Shown: positions 23,787-35,775 of the stretch, piece by piece | Layout of the letters: the number at the start of each line of letters is the position of its first letter | How positions within the stretch are numbered: the first letter of the stretch is position 1 | DNA from: Octopus sinensis | Taxonomy: Eukaryota | Assembly: GCF_006345805.1 (NCBI RefSeq) | Contig: NC_042999.1 | Span: 59,086,001 to 59,150,000 of the forward strand | Length of the DNA stretch: 64,000 nt | Direction of reading: 5' to 3' | Position numbers and translations under genes: made by a program | The notes under the pieces: model-generated | Told to the model about the DNA's origin: nothing | Seen by the model: only the letters and a program-made list of their open reading frames with translations | Databases searched by the model: none

Positions 23787-24610
23787 ATGTATATATATAT
23801 ATGCGTGTGTGAGTGTGTGTATATGTGTGTGTATTGAAAGAAATCTATGAACAAATATGTATCAACAGCTTTGCATCCACAGAGAAAAACACGCACATAG
23901 TGTGTGTGTGTGTGTGTTGTGTGTGTGTGTGTGTGTGTGTGTTGTGTGTGTTGTGTGTGTGTTGTAGAACAGACTAGCATTTCATCGCCAGCAAGTTTAA
24001 TCACTGCATTAAGAAATAGAGAGAACGATAATTGTGTCATACACTTCATTATTCCGTCATCTGTTTAATATAAATTTTTGCTTTAACTCTGTACGTCATC
24101 CTTGTATTCCGAGACACCAAAACGAACATCTTAAGAAATGGTATTCATTATTATTATTATTCTACATCTTACGAGGAAGTTTTGTATGGAACTTATTCTG
24201 TGAAATGGGGGGCAAATCTCTTTGAGACCACACTATTCTCTCCTTAGCAGAGTAATGAGGAGAGACCGAAATTCGGAAAAGAACATTAGTAGTGGAAAAT
24301 ATTCTTTCTCTGTTCCATTCTAGTTCGTTTTCTTTCTGGAATTATGGAATGAAGATATTTCCCCACATAAAATAAGAGGGAAATAGATTGAGATTAACCG
24401 GGTAGAGGGTTTTCATTCTCGTTTCAGTTTCTCTTCAATCGTTCTGGAATAGTGGATTATAATGAATTAGCGACATGCATGAGAGAAGAGACATACATGG
24501 AACGATAGGGAGATAAACGGTGGAACGATGCGGTCCGGTTGAAAAAGGATTAACACTCGCATTCGCATAAACAGTTATTTACAAACTCGTCTTGGGTTAA
24601 CATTGAATAA

Positions 24611-25006
24611 GGTGGCGAGCTGGCAGAAGCGTTAATACGCCGGGCGAAATGCTTAGCGGTATTTCGTCTGCCGTTGCGTTCTGAGTTCAAATTCCGCCGA
24701 AGTCGACTTTGCCTTTCATCCTTTCGTAGTCGATAAATTAAGTACCAGTTACGCACTGGGATCGATCTAATCGACTTAATCCGTTTGTCCTCTCTGTGTT
24801 TAGCCCCTTGTGGGTAGTAAAGAAATAGGTATTTCGCCTGACATTAGGTTTTGAGTTCAAATTCCGCCGAGGTCCACTTTGTATTTCATCCTTTCGAAGT
24901 CGATAAACTAAGTAGCAGTTACGCACTGGGGTCGATATAAAGGACTGCCGTTTGTTTGTCCTTGTTTGTCCCCTCAATGTTTAGCCCCTTGTGGGCAATA
25001 AAGATA
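24611..25006 (+). mobile_element. Two head-to-tail SINE family B copies (second is 5'-truncated)
   Basis: A-box TGGCAGAAGCGTT and B-box GTTCAAATTCC. Central GCCTTTCATCCTTTCG...GTCGATAAATTAAGTACCAG (Meta-domain-like by resemblance). Tail TTTGTCCTTGTTTGTCCCCTC...GCCCCTTGTGGGCAATAAAG. Confidence 0.9.
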
Positions 25007-25311
25007 TTTTTTAACATTGAATGTAATTTATCCAGAAGAATTTCAGTGTGAATTTCCCCTCAAAATAGATCCATCCTCTTTTATAGCTAAAACCAAATAT
25101 TTTTATTGGATTCAAATTTCGAAAAATAGTTCAGCTCTGTGAGATTTATTTCACTAAAAATAGCTGTCTAAATTAAGACCGACAAAATCGTACTTCCCTG
25201 CAGAGCAAACGCATTTTACTCATCAGTTAAGTAACACAATGCTGATTTATATTCACATCAAAGATAAATAAAATCCATGAAGAGAATATTGGTTTCCAAA
25301 TTCTTAACGAC

Positions 25312-25352
<41 letters not shown>

Positions 25353-25479
25353 GGTGTGGGTGTGTGTGTGTGTGTGGGTGGATGTGTGTGTGTGTGTGTG
25401 TATGTGTGTGTGGTAACAGCAAGGTGTGAAGGACGCGCATTTAAAAAAAAAAACATCTTCGATGCATGGCTGATGTAGC

Positions 25480-25865
25480 ACCTCTCTAATGTCTGATTTA
25501 CGTCTGTCTACGTTCTGTGTTCAAATTTCGCCGAGGTCGACTTTGCCTTTCATCCTTTTGGGGTCGATAAATTAAGTACGAGCTATGCACTGTGGTCGAT
25601 GTAATCGACTTAACGCCTTTGATTGTCCTTGTTTGTCCCATCAATGTTTATCCTGTTGTGGGCAATAAAGAAATAAGAAGCGTTAGCACGCCGGGCAAAA
25701 TGCTTAGCGGTATTTCGTCTGTCTTTACGTTCTGAGTTCAAACTCCGCCGAGGTCAACTTTGTCTTTCACTCTTTCGGGGTCGATAAATTAAATACCAAT
25801 AGCGTACTGAAGTCGATATAATCGACTGTCCCCCTCCCCCAAAATTTCGGGCCTTGTGCCTAGAG
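25480..25865 (+). mobile_element. Two further head-to-tail SINE family B copies
   Basis: Same central domain twice; the second copy starts right after the first tail (AAAGAAATA-AGAAGCGTTAGCACGCC). Confidence 0.85.
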
Positions 25866-25989
25866 AAGAAATGGATGTATATTGCAATAAAAACTGAATG
25901 ACCTGGCATTTTATGGCGAAGGTAAGTGATCATCGATGAACATTGATGAAGAGGAACATTGTGACCTTTATTCTAGGTCTAAGACGTTG

Positions 25990-26260
25990 AATTAAACTAT
26001 AATAGATATTAATTTATTTAAGAGAAATTACAGTAGAATATTGCTCTCATATCTGGGAAGATGCTGCTGCCGCGAACAGAATCCTACCAGATTGCAAAGA
26101 AACCAAGAATTTGGTTCCTTTTCCTTTCCAACACTATAAAAGAGCTTTATTTCTTTGAAACAATATAGAAGCGTCTTCTCTATAATGAGGCCCAGCCGAA
26201 CAATCAACCTCTCCTCTTCTCATACCTTTCTCAACATTTACACTTTTCATTTCCCCATTC
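25990..26260 (+). pseudogene. Possible CR1/Jockey-group LINE RT C-terminal remnant
   Basis: GTAGAATATTGCTCTCATATCTGG translates VEYCSHIW, typical of the post-RT region; the rest is heavily decayed. Confidence 0.4.
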
Positions 26261-26773
26261 ATTGTTTCAACGGGACACGCCCATATTGTTTTTTTTTGTA
26301 TATATTATACTACGGGCGTTCAACCTGTTACATTAAACCAGCTAGTGTTGGAGACCTCGCAAAGGTCATAGGCACTATATTTTCTCTTCTGTCTAGATTT
26401 AAACATATAATTACTGCAAACAATAAAAAAAGTAAAATATTGTGTTTTGTTATTGTTGTGTTTGAAATTATACAGTTTTTCAAGTTAGATTTAACAACAT
26501 TGCATTTAACTTCCTTAACCTCGGCTAAAATTCAAATTAAATGAGGATTATATTTGTATTTTTCAAACAAAGAATTATCATTTTGTAAAAGGGTTATATT
26601 ATTTTGTTTTCATGTTTACTATTTATAATTCTTATTATGAAAATGTTGCTGTGTTTTATAATTTACTGTTACAGACAAACAAACACTGCAAATACGAGTA
26701 TATATTAATAAAATTAAAATACAAAGACAGTAATACTTACAGAAACGCTACAGATGGTTCTCCCAGAGGAATA

Positions 26774-26811
<38 letters not shown>

Positions 26812-27015
26812 ATAAGAGGAAGACAGTAAGAGAGAGTGGGAGAGTCAGTGGAAGAGAGAGTGGCAAAGGGAAAAAATCACAGAGATTGTGAGAGAATGAG
26901 AGAGACAAAAGGAAAGAAGGCAGAGAAAGACAAAGAGTAAAAAAGTGAGAAACAGTGAAAAAAAGAAAAGAAAAGATCGGAGTGATTGAAAAGGAGAATG
27001 AAAGAAGATGGAGTG

Positions 27016-27049
<34 letters not shown>

Positions 27050-27339
27050 CTCAGAGAAGAGCCAAAACGTTTGTGTTCTTTATACTTCTCGATATGAGAA
27101 CATTACACTTATTGGTTACGGTTTCGAACTGAACAATAATGTTTCTTCATTGCTTTCTGACTCTCAGACTCACGATGGTTTGCAAATCGCTACAAACCAA
27201 GTGGTCTATCTATTTACCTTTCTATAGATAGATATATAGATAGACAGAATCATGAACAGATGAGATTGGAGAGAAACTGAAAGTAGACAGTCACCTTATA
27301 ACGTATTGGTTTAAAATTTTGGCTCAGGGCCAAATATTT

Positions 27340-27720
27340 TGAGGGAGGCGTTTAATCGATTAACCACCGGTGCTCAACTGTAACTAATTTCATCGATCAC
27401 GAGAGGAGATGAAAGGAAAATTCAACCTCGGCGGAATTTGAATTCTGTACGTAAAGCCGGATGAAATGCCTCTAAGCATTTTGATTTGTGTCCTAACGAT
27501 TCTTTTTTTTTTTTACTCTTGGCACAAGATTAAAATTTTGGAGATTGGACCAGTCGACTAAGTCGACCTCAGTACGCAACTGGTACTTAATTTATCTACC
27601 CCGAAAGGATGAAAGGGAAATTCGACCTCGGCGGAATTTGAACTGATAATGTAAAGACATGAAACACTGCTAGACATTTCGCCCGGCGTGCTAACGATTC
27701 TGCCAGCTCACCACCTTATA
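27340..27720 (-). mobile_element. Two tandem SINE family B copies
   Basis: CCTCGGCGGAATTTGAA occurs twice, followed by GCTAACGATTCT(GCCAGCTCACCACC). Confidence 0.85.
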
Positions 27721-27954
27721 CCTTGTGATATATTAAATATGTATATCCACTCTACCTAAGGTACATTTGGGGTATCACAACTGAAATAATTAACTTTTCT
27801 CTGCGCAAAACATGAGTAGGTTCCAACTCATTTCAATTAGATACTAATGATCAACGACGGTTTATGCATTTGGCTTTATATATCCGCATGAAAAAGATAC
27901 GCATGAGAATATTAAAACACAGCTGGCGAAATCGTGAGCGCGGCAGACAAAATA

Positions 27955-28200
27955 ATGCTGAGTGCCATTTCTAAGGTAGCGAGCCAGCAAAATCGTTAGC
28001 CAGTGGAACAAAAGGATGAGCGTTATTTCCAAAATGGTGGTGAGTTGGTAAAATAGGTACCGCGTCGGACAAAATCTTTAGCAGAGCTTTTTACGTTCTG
28101 AGTTCAACTTTGCCTGTCATCTCTTCATGGTCGATCAAATAATATGCCAGTCATGTAGTGGGGACGATTTAATCGAGTAAACCCCGCGTCCTAATACTGC
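27955..28200 (+). mobile_element. Diverged SINE family B-like copy
   Basis: GGTAGCGAGCCAGCAAAATCGTTAGC...TACGTTCTGAGTTCAACTTTGCC...GGTCGAT. Confidence 0.55.
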
Positions 28201-29619
28201 TGGTTTTGTGTGGACATTTGAAACCATTGTTATATTCCACACGTAATCCTCCCTACTTCCCAATAAATGCACAAAATCATAGATTTTCAACGAATATGTG
28301 TATTTAACAATGGCTGGCGTAATTTGTCATATTGTTTATATCCTATACAGTAGTAAAAGTTGAATGTTTTTCAAAATTAGATGCCTTTACAGACTTCAGC
28401 TTCTACCAAAAGTCACGTAGCGATATTTACAATCGGCACAATCCATGCAGCTGAGGAAAATATAATTCATGACAAGTAGTTAGCTGAAGTAGATAGCGAG
28501 ATAAGAAATACAAACACAATGATACATAAATCAAATATTATTACTTCGTAGGTAATTGATCTCTTCAGCGTGAAACGTTACAACACTTATGTACAATTTC
28601 AGATACAACTCAACTGCATTTTACATCTATCCAGAGAAGAGAGTGAGGAGTGGAGTTGATGCAGGAAAGATAGGTGCTTATCGACAGAAGTTTACGCTAG
28701 CATAATTATAGAGAAGGCTAATTGAAAATATTATGTATCATTATTTTAATGATTATGTCATAACTGTCATTAAATGATTTTAATTACTTCATTCCTTCAT
28801 CCCTACGTCATCAACTGCCGAGCATGAACAACTGTCGTTCATTTATCATCTCCAGACTTTTGCTTTTAGGATGATGCATTCCTCGAACATAGGATCATTA
28901 TAAATGTGATGATACTTTAAACTAAACAAATGAAGTTCCCAGTCGTTAGACTGTTCGAGTTTGTCATTGTAATTTGTTTTATAATACAGAGACCAAGCAC
29001 CAGGACAAAAAAAAATACAGTTTCAGTTATGTCCTTTTATTGGTTGACTTCAAATCCCACTTTCATCCATCTCGGACATTCAGTCTTCTTTGACGAATAA
29101 AACTTATATTAATGAAACACTGTATCTGTGGAACAAATTGATAGTATTCCTTCCTTGCGTCTATGTGTTTTGTACCAATCTTTATAAATTGTACAATCAA
29201 TTCATCTAACTATTAAGAATATTAAATTCAGAGGTCGTTTCATTTAACTGAAAAGAATTCAAGGCGGTTGCCTCAGGATGGCCGTCGTCTACTGACTGAA
29301 ACAAGTAAAAGAGATAAAAGATATCCTGATGTGGTGGTGAGTGCATACGTGCGGTGTCTTCTTTCTGTTTATTTATGAAAATACTATACTTTTTCAGAGT
29401 ATTATGTTGATGAATTCCAATCTGAAAGCGAAAAAAATTTTTAAATTATGATGTAAAATGTAGATGGAATAAATAAGAAAAGCAAGGCTGTCAAAAGCTG
29501 AAAGTGGCTCGAATGATGAGAGGAATTTAGAGACGAAGGGAGTTATTTAATATTCTGCGATCACACTGCATGCTCTAAAGTCCTTGAGAAGGTATTCGGA
29601 AGACGTGGCCAGTGTCATC

Positions 29620-29628
29620 ATAAATATG

Positions 29629-29699
<71 letters not shown>

Positions 29700-29748
29700 T
29701 ATATATATATACATGTATATATTATATATATATTATATATATATATAT

Positions 29749-29835
<87 letters not shown>

Positions 29836-29872
29836 ATATATATATATGTATATAATATATATCTATATATAT

Positions 29873-29912
<40 letters not shown>

Positions 29913-29921
29913 ATATATATA

Positions 29922-29985
<64 letters not shown>
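29620..29985. repeat. Long interrupted (TA)n array
   Basis: Directly visible. Confidence 0.95.
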
Positions 29986-29987
<2 letters not shown>

Positions 29988-30190
29988 GAAATAGAAAGAT
30001 GAATAATCTTGTTGCAGATTAATCAAAAGTTTAACCGATGCCTTGGTAGCAAAAATCACAGCAGAAGACAGCACGGTTGGAGGTACAACCATATGGTGTT
30101 GCAACCGTGCGTTGGTGCGGATAATTGAATTTTAATATTATTAGTGAATTGAAGAAATGGAGTTGAACGAAGATTGAACAGAAATCGTTT

Positions 30191-30284
30191 TATTGCATTC
30201 TACACGTGTTTCGAAAGGCACAATTTACCAAATTCCGATTGAATAATGAGACCATATTGTGTCTTTCTCTTCAGGAAGAAATAG
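30191..30284 (-). ncRNA. Type I hammerhead ribozyme (left arm)
   Basis: Same fold as 31096-31187; core CTGAAGA at 30274-30268; predicted cleavage between 30201 and 30200. Confidence 0.85.
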
Positions 30285-31095
30285 GAAATCCGTTGGAAAA
30301 AACAAAAACAGAACAGAGGCGGAGCAAAACAAATCGAACGAGGCTCCTAAGAGCCCATGGCCAAACTGTTTATCAATGTATGTTGAAAACGGGTGGTGGG
30401 TGCGTTGAAGATTTGAACGGGTCAGGCAGCGGTCATTCCGGTGGGTGAGGGCACGGGGTGCGTAGATGTTCTTTGTAACCGAGACTAAAGTTCTGACTAT
30501 TTAAAGAATATTAGGTGTATTATATGGGGCGAGCGAAATCTACTTAGAGACATGTGTGTGTGTACTGTTCTATATATGTGCGGCCGCAAGTTGGTAAGAA
30601 GCGCTACACTCTGGTCACTGCTGAGAAATCCGTCAGGGGGTAGAAAATATTTTATCTGTACGTGTGTGCGTTTGATCGCGCGGCCGTCAGTTGGTAAACA
30701 GCTATACACAATGGTCACTGCTGTAAAATCCGTCGGGCGGCAGAAAAATATTTTATGTGTGCGTGTGTTCGTCTAATCATGCCTTGTCAAAGAAACCCCC
30801 CGTCGTCAAAAACAAAACACCATTCATCTCCCAGGAGTAATTCCCCTTGCAATGGTTAATCATATTGCTCTTAAAAGCTTTTTCAGAATTTAGTCTCGGT
30901 TACAAAGAACATCTACGCACCCCGAGGCCTCACCCACCGGAATGACCGCTGCCTGACCCGTTCAAATCTTCAACGCACCCACCACCCGTTTTCAACATAC
31001 ATTGATACACAGTTTGGCCATGGGCTCTTAGGAGCCTTGTTCGATTTGTTTTGCTCCGCCTCTGTTCTGTTTTTGTTTTTTTCCAACGGATTTCC

Positions 31096-31187
31096 TATTT
31101 CTTCCTGAAGAGAAAGACACAATATGGTCTCATTATTCAATCGGAATTGGTAAATTGTGCCTTTCGAAACACGTGTAGAATGCAATA
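31096..31187 (+). ncRNA. Type I hammerhead ribozyme (right arm)
   Basis: Core CTGAAGA at 31105-31111. Stem II 31112-31123/31154-31165 (11 of 12 bp, G10.1-C11.1). GAAA at 31166-31169. Palindromic stem III ACACGTGT. Triplet GTA at 31175-31177. Stem I TTC/GAA plus TATT/AATA. Confidence 0.88.
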
Positions 31188-31237
31188 AAACAATTTCTGT
31201 TCAATCTTCGTTCAACTCCATTTCTTCAATTCACTAA

Positions 31238-31245
<8 letters not shown>

Positions 31246-31288
<43 letters not shown>

Positions 31289-31354
31289 ATATGTATATAT
31301 ATATATATATGTATATGTATATATATATTATATATATATATATATGTATATATG

Positions 31355-31393
<39 letters not shown>

Positions 31394-31938
31394 TTATTAT
31401 ATATATATGTATATATATATCATATATACATATACATATATATATACAATATATACATATATATATTACAAATACATATATATATAGATATATAATATAC
31501 ATATATACATATATATACATATATATATATGTATAATATATATATAATATGTATATGTATATGTATATATATAATATGTATATATATATATATATATATA
31601 ATGTATATATATATGTATATATATATATGTATTATATATATGTATATATATATGTATATATATATATGTATATATATATGTGTATATATGTATATATATA
31701 TATGTATAATATATATGTATATATATGTATATATATTATATATGTATATATATATGTATATATATGTATATATGTATATATATATGTATATATTATATAT
31801 GTATATATATGTATATATATGTATATATGTGTATATATGCATATATATATATGTATATATGTAATATATATATATGTATATATATATATGTATATGTATA
31901 TATATATATATTATATATATATATAACCACATATATAT
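31246..31938. repeat. Long (TA)n/(TATATG)n compound microsatellite
   Basis: Directly visible. Confidence 0.95.
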
Positions 31939-31939
31939 A

Positions 31940-32110
31940 GGCGTAGGAGTGGCTGTGTGGTAAGTAGCTTGCTTACGAACCGCGTGGTTCCGGGTTCATT
32001 CCCACTGCGTGCCACCTTGGAAAGTGTCTTCTACTTTAGCCTCGAGCCGACCAAAGACCTGTGTGTGGATTTGGTAGACGGAAACTGAAAGAAGCCCGTC
32101 GTATATATGT
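31940..32110 (+). mobile_element. SINE family A, head half only
   Basis: GGCGTAGGAGTGGCTGTGTGGTAAGTAGCTTG...GAAGCCCGTCGTATA; no tail half follows. Confidence 0.88.
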
Positions 32111-32134
32111 ATGTATATATATCTCCAAGTTTTC

Positions 32135-32165
<31 letters not shown>

Positions 32166-32436
32166 ACCTCAACTTTTATCTAGTTACAAATGAGTAAGTG
32201 ATTTTCGTATAAAATTATTTATAGCTTATTTTTATTGATAAATGAATTGAGAAAAAAATATGAAAATAAAGTTTTTTTTTAATATTTTGGTTACATTTTA
32301 ACAATATTCAGGAGTTGAACATTAAGTACTTGATCCTATATATATAATATATGAATTAGAGATAAAACCACTATTATGCAACTCATTATATTTTAGTTAT
32401 ATTATATTTATCATTCATTTTATACGTTTTGAATAT

Positions 32437-32559
<123 letters not shown>

Positions 32560-32744
32560 ATTATATATATTATTTGTATTTATTATTGGTTTATGTCTAT
32601 CACTGTTTGAGTTGCATATTGTTTTTATCTCTAATTCATATTTTATATTTATGTATTTATTCTGTGAAATTTGATTTAATGCTATATTGAATTTTTCCCT
32701 GTAAGTTTGGAGTTATACTCCCTAATATTATTATTATTATTATT

Positions 32745-33297
32745 GAGTGAGAGAGCAGTTCATGCCATCAAAGTGACACTGGGGTAAAATATACGAAGCC
32801 CAGCATACCCATCATGACTACCCGTCTGATAAGGATACACCAGGCACATGCATCACAACCATATGTGCACAACATAGTGATCTCATATCAAGATAAACAG
32901 CACATGACCTTGCACGTGGGGCCCAGTTAGAATTTTCTTCAGGCTGAGTAGCCCATCCCGCTCAAAAGATCCCTGAATAAGGGTTGTTTAAGGATGTTGA
33001 AAGAACCACCCATGTTTCCAGAGTTGAATTATTCAAACCCCAAAGAATCCCTCTCAACACATGGCTATGATGCTCCCCCACTACTTCTGCTCGTGATCAG
33101 AGATGCACATATCGTCAGCCACTAAGGGACATGCTCAACTGGTTAAGGTCAAACAACTGACTAGCAAATCTGTGGTATTGAGCAGAATATTTGCTGTAGC
33201 CCATCTTTTATACCAAGACAAAACAATGTACATGATGACACTTCCAATCAGTTAAGATCAGAAGCCATGAGAGCCACTGCCTGGTACTGCATCAGGG

Positions 33298-33298
<1 letters not shown>
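32745..33298. mobile_element. Unclassified 554-bp element bounded by (ATT)n on both sides
   Basis: Complex, GC-richer sequence with sharp junctions to ATT repeats at both ends. No tRNA head, TIR or long ORF seen. Confidence 0.6.

Positions 33299-33373
<75 letters not shown>
33299..33373. repeat. (ATT)n array of ~25 units
   Basis: Directly visible; separates the unclassified element from the Dong 3' end. Confidence 0.95.
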
Positions 33374-33374
<1 letters not shown>

Positions 33375-35682
33375 GGTAGTTTTATTTTTTTAGCGTGCTT
33401 TCACTTCACTACCGAGCGCAGCTCTGTGTGCCTTGGGTATGTGTTGTGATTTGTTGTGATGCTCTGATGGTTATTGTATGGTAAGTGCTCTGCGTGGGAT
33501 GTGTGCAGTGCCTAGTAGTGCAATTTTCTGTATGTTATATGTGTTTGTAAGTCCTGGTGTTTTTGTTATGTATTTGTCTGAATATGTTTTTATCATGCCT
33601 AATGCACCTACTATGATAGGAATTGTTTCTGTTTTCAGATTCCACATTCTAGTTACCTCTATTTCCAGGTCTTTGTATTTTGAGAGTTTCTCCATTTCTT
33701 TTAGAGACACGTTGTCATCTGCCGGTATTGATACATCAATTAGAAAGCATTTTTTTCTTCATGATCTCTGACAACTATATCTGGTCTGTTGGCCTTAATT
33801 TCTCTATCTGTGTGTATGGGCATATCCCAGAGTATGGTTGATTTCTCGTTTTCTGTGACCTTTTCTGGTGTGTGCCTATACCATCTTTTTTCTGTTGTTA
33901 TTCCATAATGTTGGCATAGCTTCCAATGTATGTAGGTTCCAACTCTGTCATGTCTGTGAATATATTCCTTCTTAGCCAGGACTGGGCAGCTAGAGATAAT
34001 ATGATTTATTGTTTCTTGTCCATCTCCACATATTCTGCAGTTACTTGTAATATTTCTTTTCATTACATGTTTTTGGTAATTTCTGGTGGGAAGGCTTTGG
34101 TCTTGTGCTGCAATTAAAAATCCCTCTGTTTCTGCTTTGAGTCCTGAGCTTCTCAACCATTTCTGGGATTTTTCTTTGTCTATTTATTTTGCGTTTAGTT
34201 TAGTGCAGTATTTACCATGAAGGGGCTTTTCTTGCCATCGTTTTATCATGGCTCGTTGCTGTTCTATTTTTAGTTTGGATTTCATTTGTTTTATAGCTTT
34301 TGTTGTTTCTTCATCATCATCTTCTTCTTCTTTGTGTTTATTAGGTGGTATGATTTCTTGTTTGTATTTGTCAGCTTCCTTAAATACTGAGAACAGTTTT
34401 TTGTTTTGCTCGTGTTTTGCTGCTATCTGGATCAGTTTTCCTTCCTTCTGAAGTAGGTATTTTTGCAGTCCTATGGTGGTTATTTTATAGTAGTTTTCCA
34501 GCTGTATAAGGCCTCTACCACCTTCTATACGTTGTATATATAGTCTTTCTATGTCAGATTTTGGGTGATGCATCCTAGATCCTGTCAGTATTTTTCTTGT
34601 TTTCCTATCTATTTTGGACAGTTCATTTCGTGTCCAGTTAAGGATATTGTAGCTGTAACTTATAACTGGGACAGCTAAAGTGTTGATACCTATTATCTTG
34701 TTTTTAGCATTGAGCTCTGTTTTTAGTATTGATCTAACTCGTCTATAATATTCTTTTTTTATTTTCTCTTTCATTTGTGTGTGTTGTGTCTTATCTAGTT
34801 CATGGATTCCTAAGTATTTGTAAGTTTGGCTTTGGTCTAATTCTTTTATTTCATTGGTTTTATCTAGTGTGATGTTGTTACTCTTAACTAGTTTTCCTCT
34901 TTTCATGGTTACTTTGGCGCATTTTCTAATCCAAATTTCATATCTATTTCTTTGGTAAATCCATGAACTGTCTTTGTTAGTGTTTCCAGCTGTTTGTCAT
35001 TTGCAGCGTTGAGTTTTAGGTCATCCATATATAAAAGGTGGCTGATCGTTTTGCCGTAACATTTATATCCGCATCCAGTTCTATTTAGCATATCAGATAG
35101 AGGTGACAGTGCCAAGCAGAAAAGGAGTGGAGAGAGCGTGTTTCTCTGGAATATTCCTCTTCTAATGGGGATGTCTTTGGTTTTCATGTGTCCCTCTTTT
35201 GTTTGGAGGTGTAGGACTGTTTGCCATTTATTCATAGAGTGCTCTATGAATTTTATGATTGTTGGTGCTACTTTGTTAATGGCTAGTGTTTCGAGGATCC
35301 ATGTGTGGGGGATGCTATCAAACGCCTTTTTGTAGTCAATCCAGGCCATACTGAAGCCTTTCTTCTTTCTGTGGCTGTCTTCAGTTACGACCTTATTAAT
35401 CATTAGTTGATCTTTACAGCCATATGAGCCTTTGCGGCATCCTTTCTGCTCTTCTGGGAACAGTTTGTTTTCGTCCAGGTGCTTGTTCAGCCTTTGCGAT
35501 ATCATTGCAGTAAATGCCTTGAACATAGTAGGGAGGCAGGTTATTGGTCTGTAGTTTTCTGGTTTTGTTGTTTCATTTGATTTGGGAATTAAGATGGTTT
35601 TCCCCTTCGTGAGCCATTCAGGCATTGTCTCTGGCTCTGCTAGTATGCTGTTAAAGTTTTCAGCCAGCTTTTTGTGCATTCC

Positions 35683-35684
<2 letters not shown>
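33374..35684 (-). mobile_element. R4/Dong-type LINE, copy 2 (5'-truncated, intact 3' end)
   Basis: RT motifs NYRPITCL, WIDYKKAFDSIPH and LYMDD; CCHC knuckle CRIC...HIISSC; restriction-like endonuclease RHD...ANRPDIVV...LIDVS...EK..KY. Two A-run frameshifts and one stop. (TAA)n on both flanks. Confidence 0.95.
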
Positions 35685-35751
<67 letters not shown>

Positions 35752-35775
35752 CATTATTATCATTATTATATATTA
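35685..35775. repeat. (ATT)n array
   Basis: Directly visible at the 5' junction of Dong copy 2. Confidence 0.95.

Larger units (their letters stand above)
30133..31245. mobile_element. Head-to-head inverted element with ~364-bp arms, each carrying a hammerhead ribozyme; Penelope-like non-autonomous structure
   Basis: 30133-30496 is the reverse complement of 30883-31245 with only a handful of differences. The 386-bp spacer holds a diverged ~100-bp tandem repeat. No TSD found. The right end abuts (TA)n. Confidence 0.85.

Noticed and set aside
30206-31185. ORFs 30206..30448 and 30970..31185 as a duplicated small gene
   Set aside because: They lie antisense to the ribozyme in each arm, start at non-ATG codons, differ in frame at the C-terminus, and show no known domain.
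30133-31245. Mutator or foldback DNA transposon interpretation
   Set aside because: No 8-11-bp TSD was found, and intact hammerheads favour a Penelope-like origin. Not fully excluded.
32745-33298. HDV-like ribozyme in the unclassified element
   Set aside because: Partial motifs (CCCACGT, GGGCTAC) could not be assembled by eye into the nested double pseudoknot.
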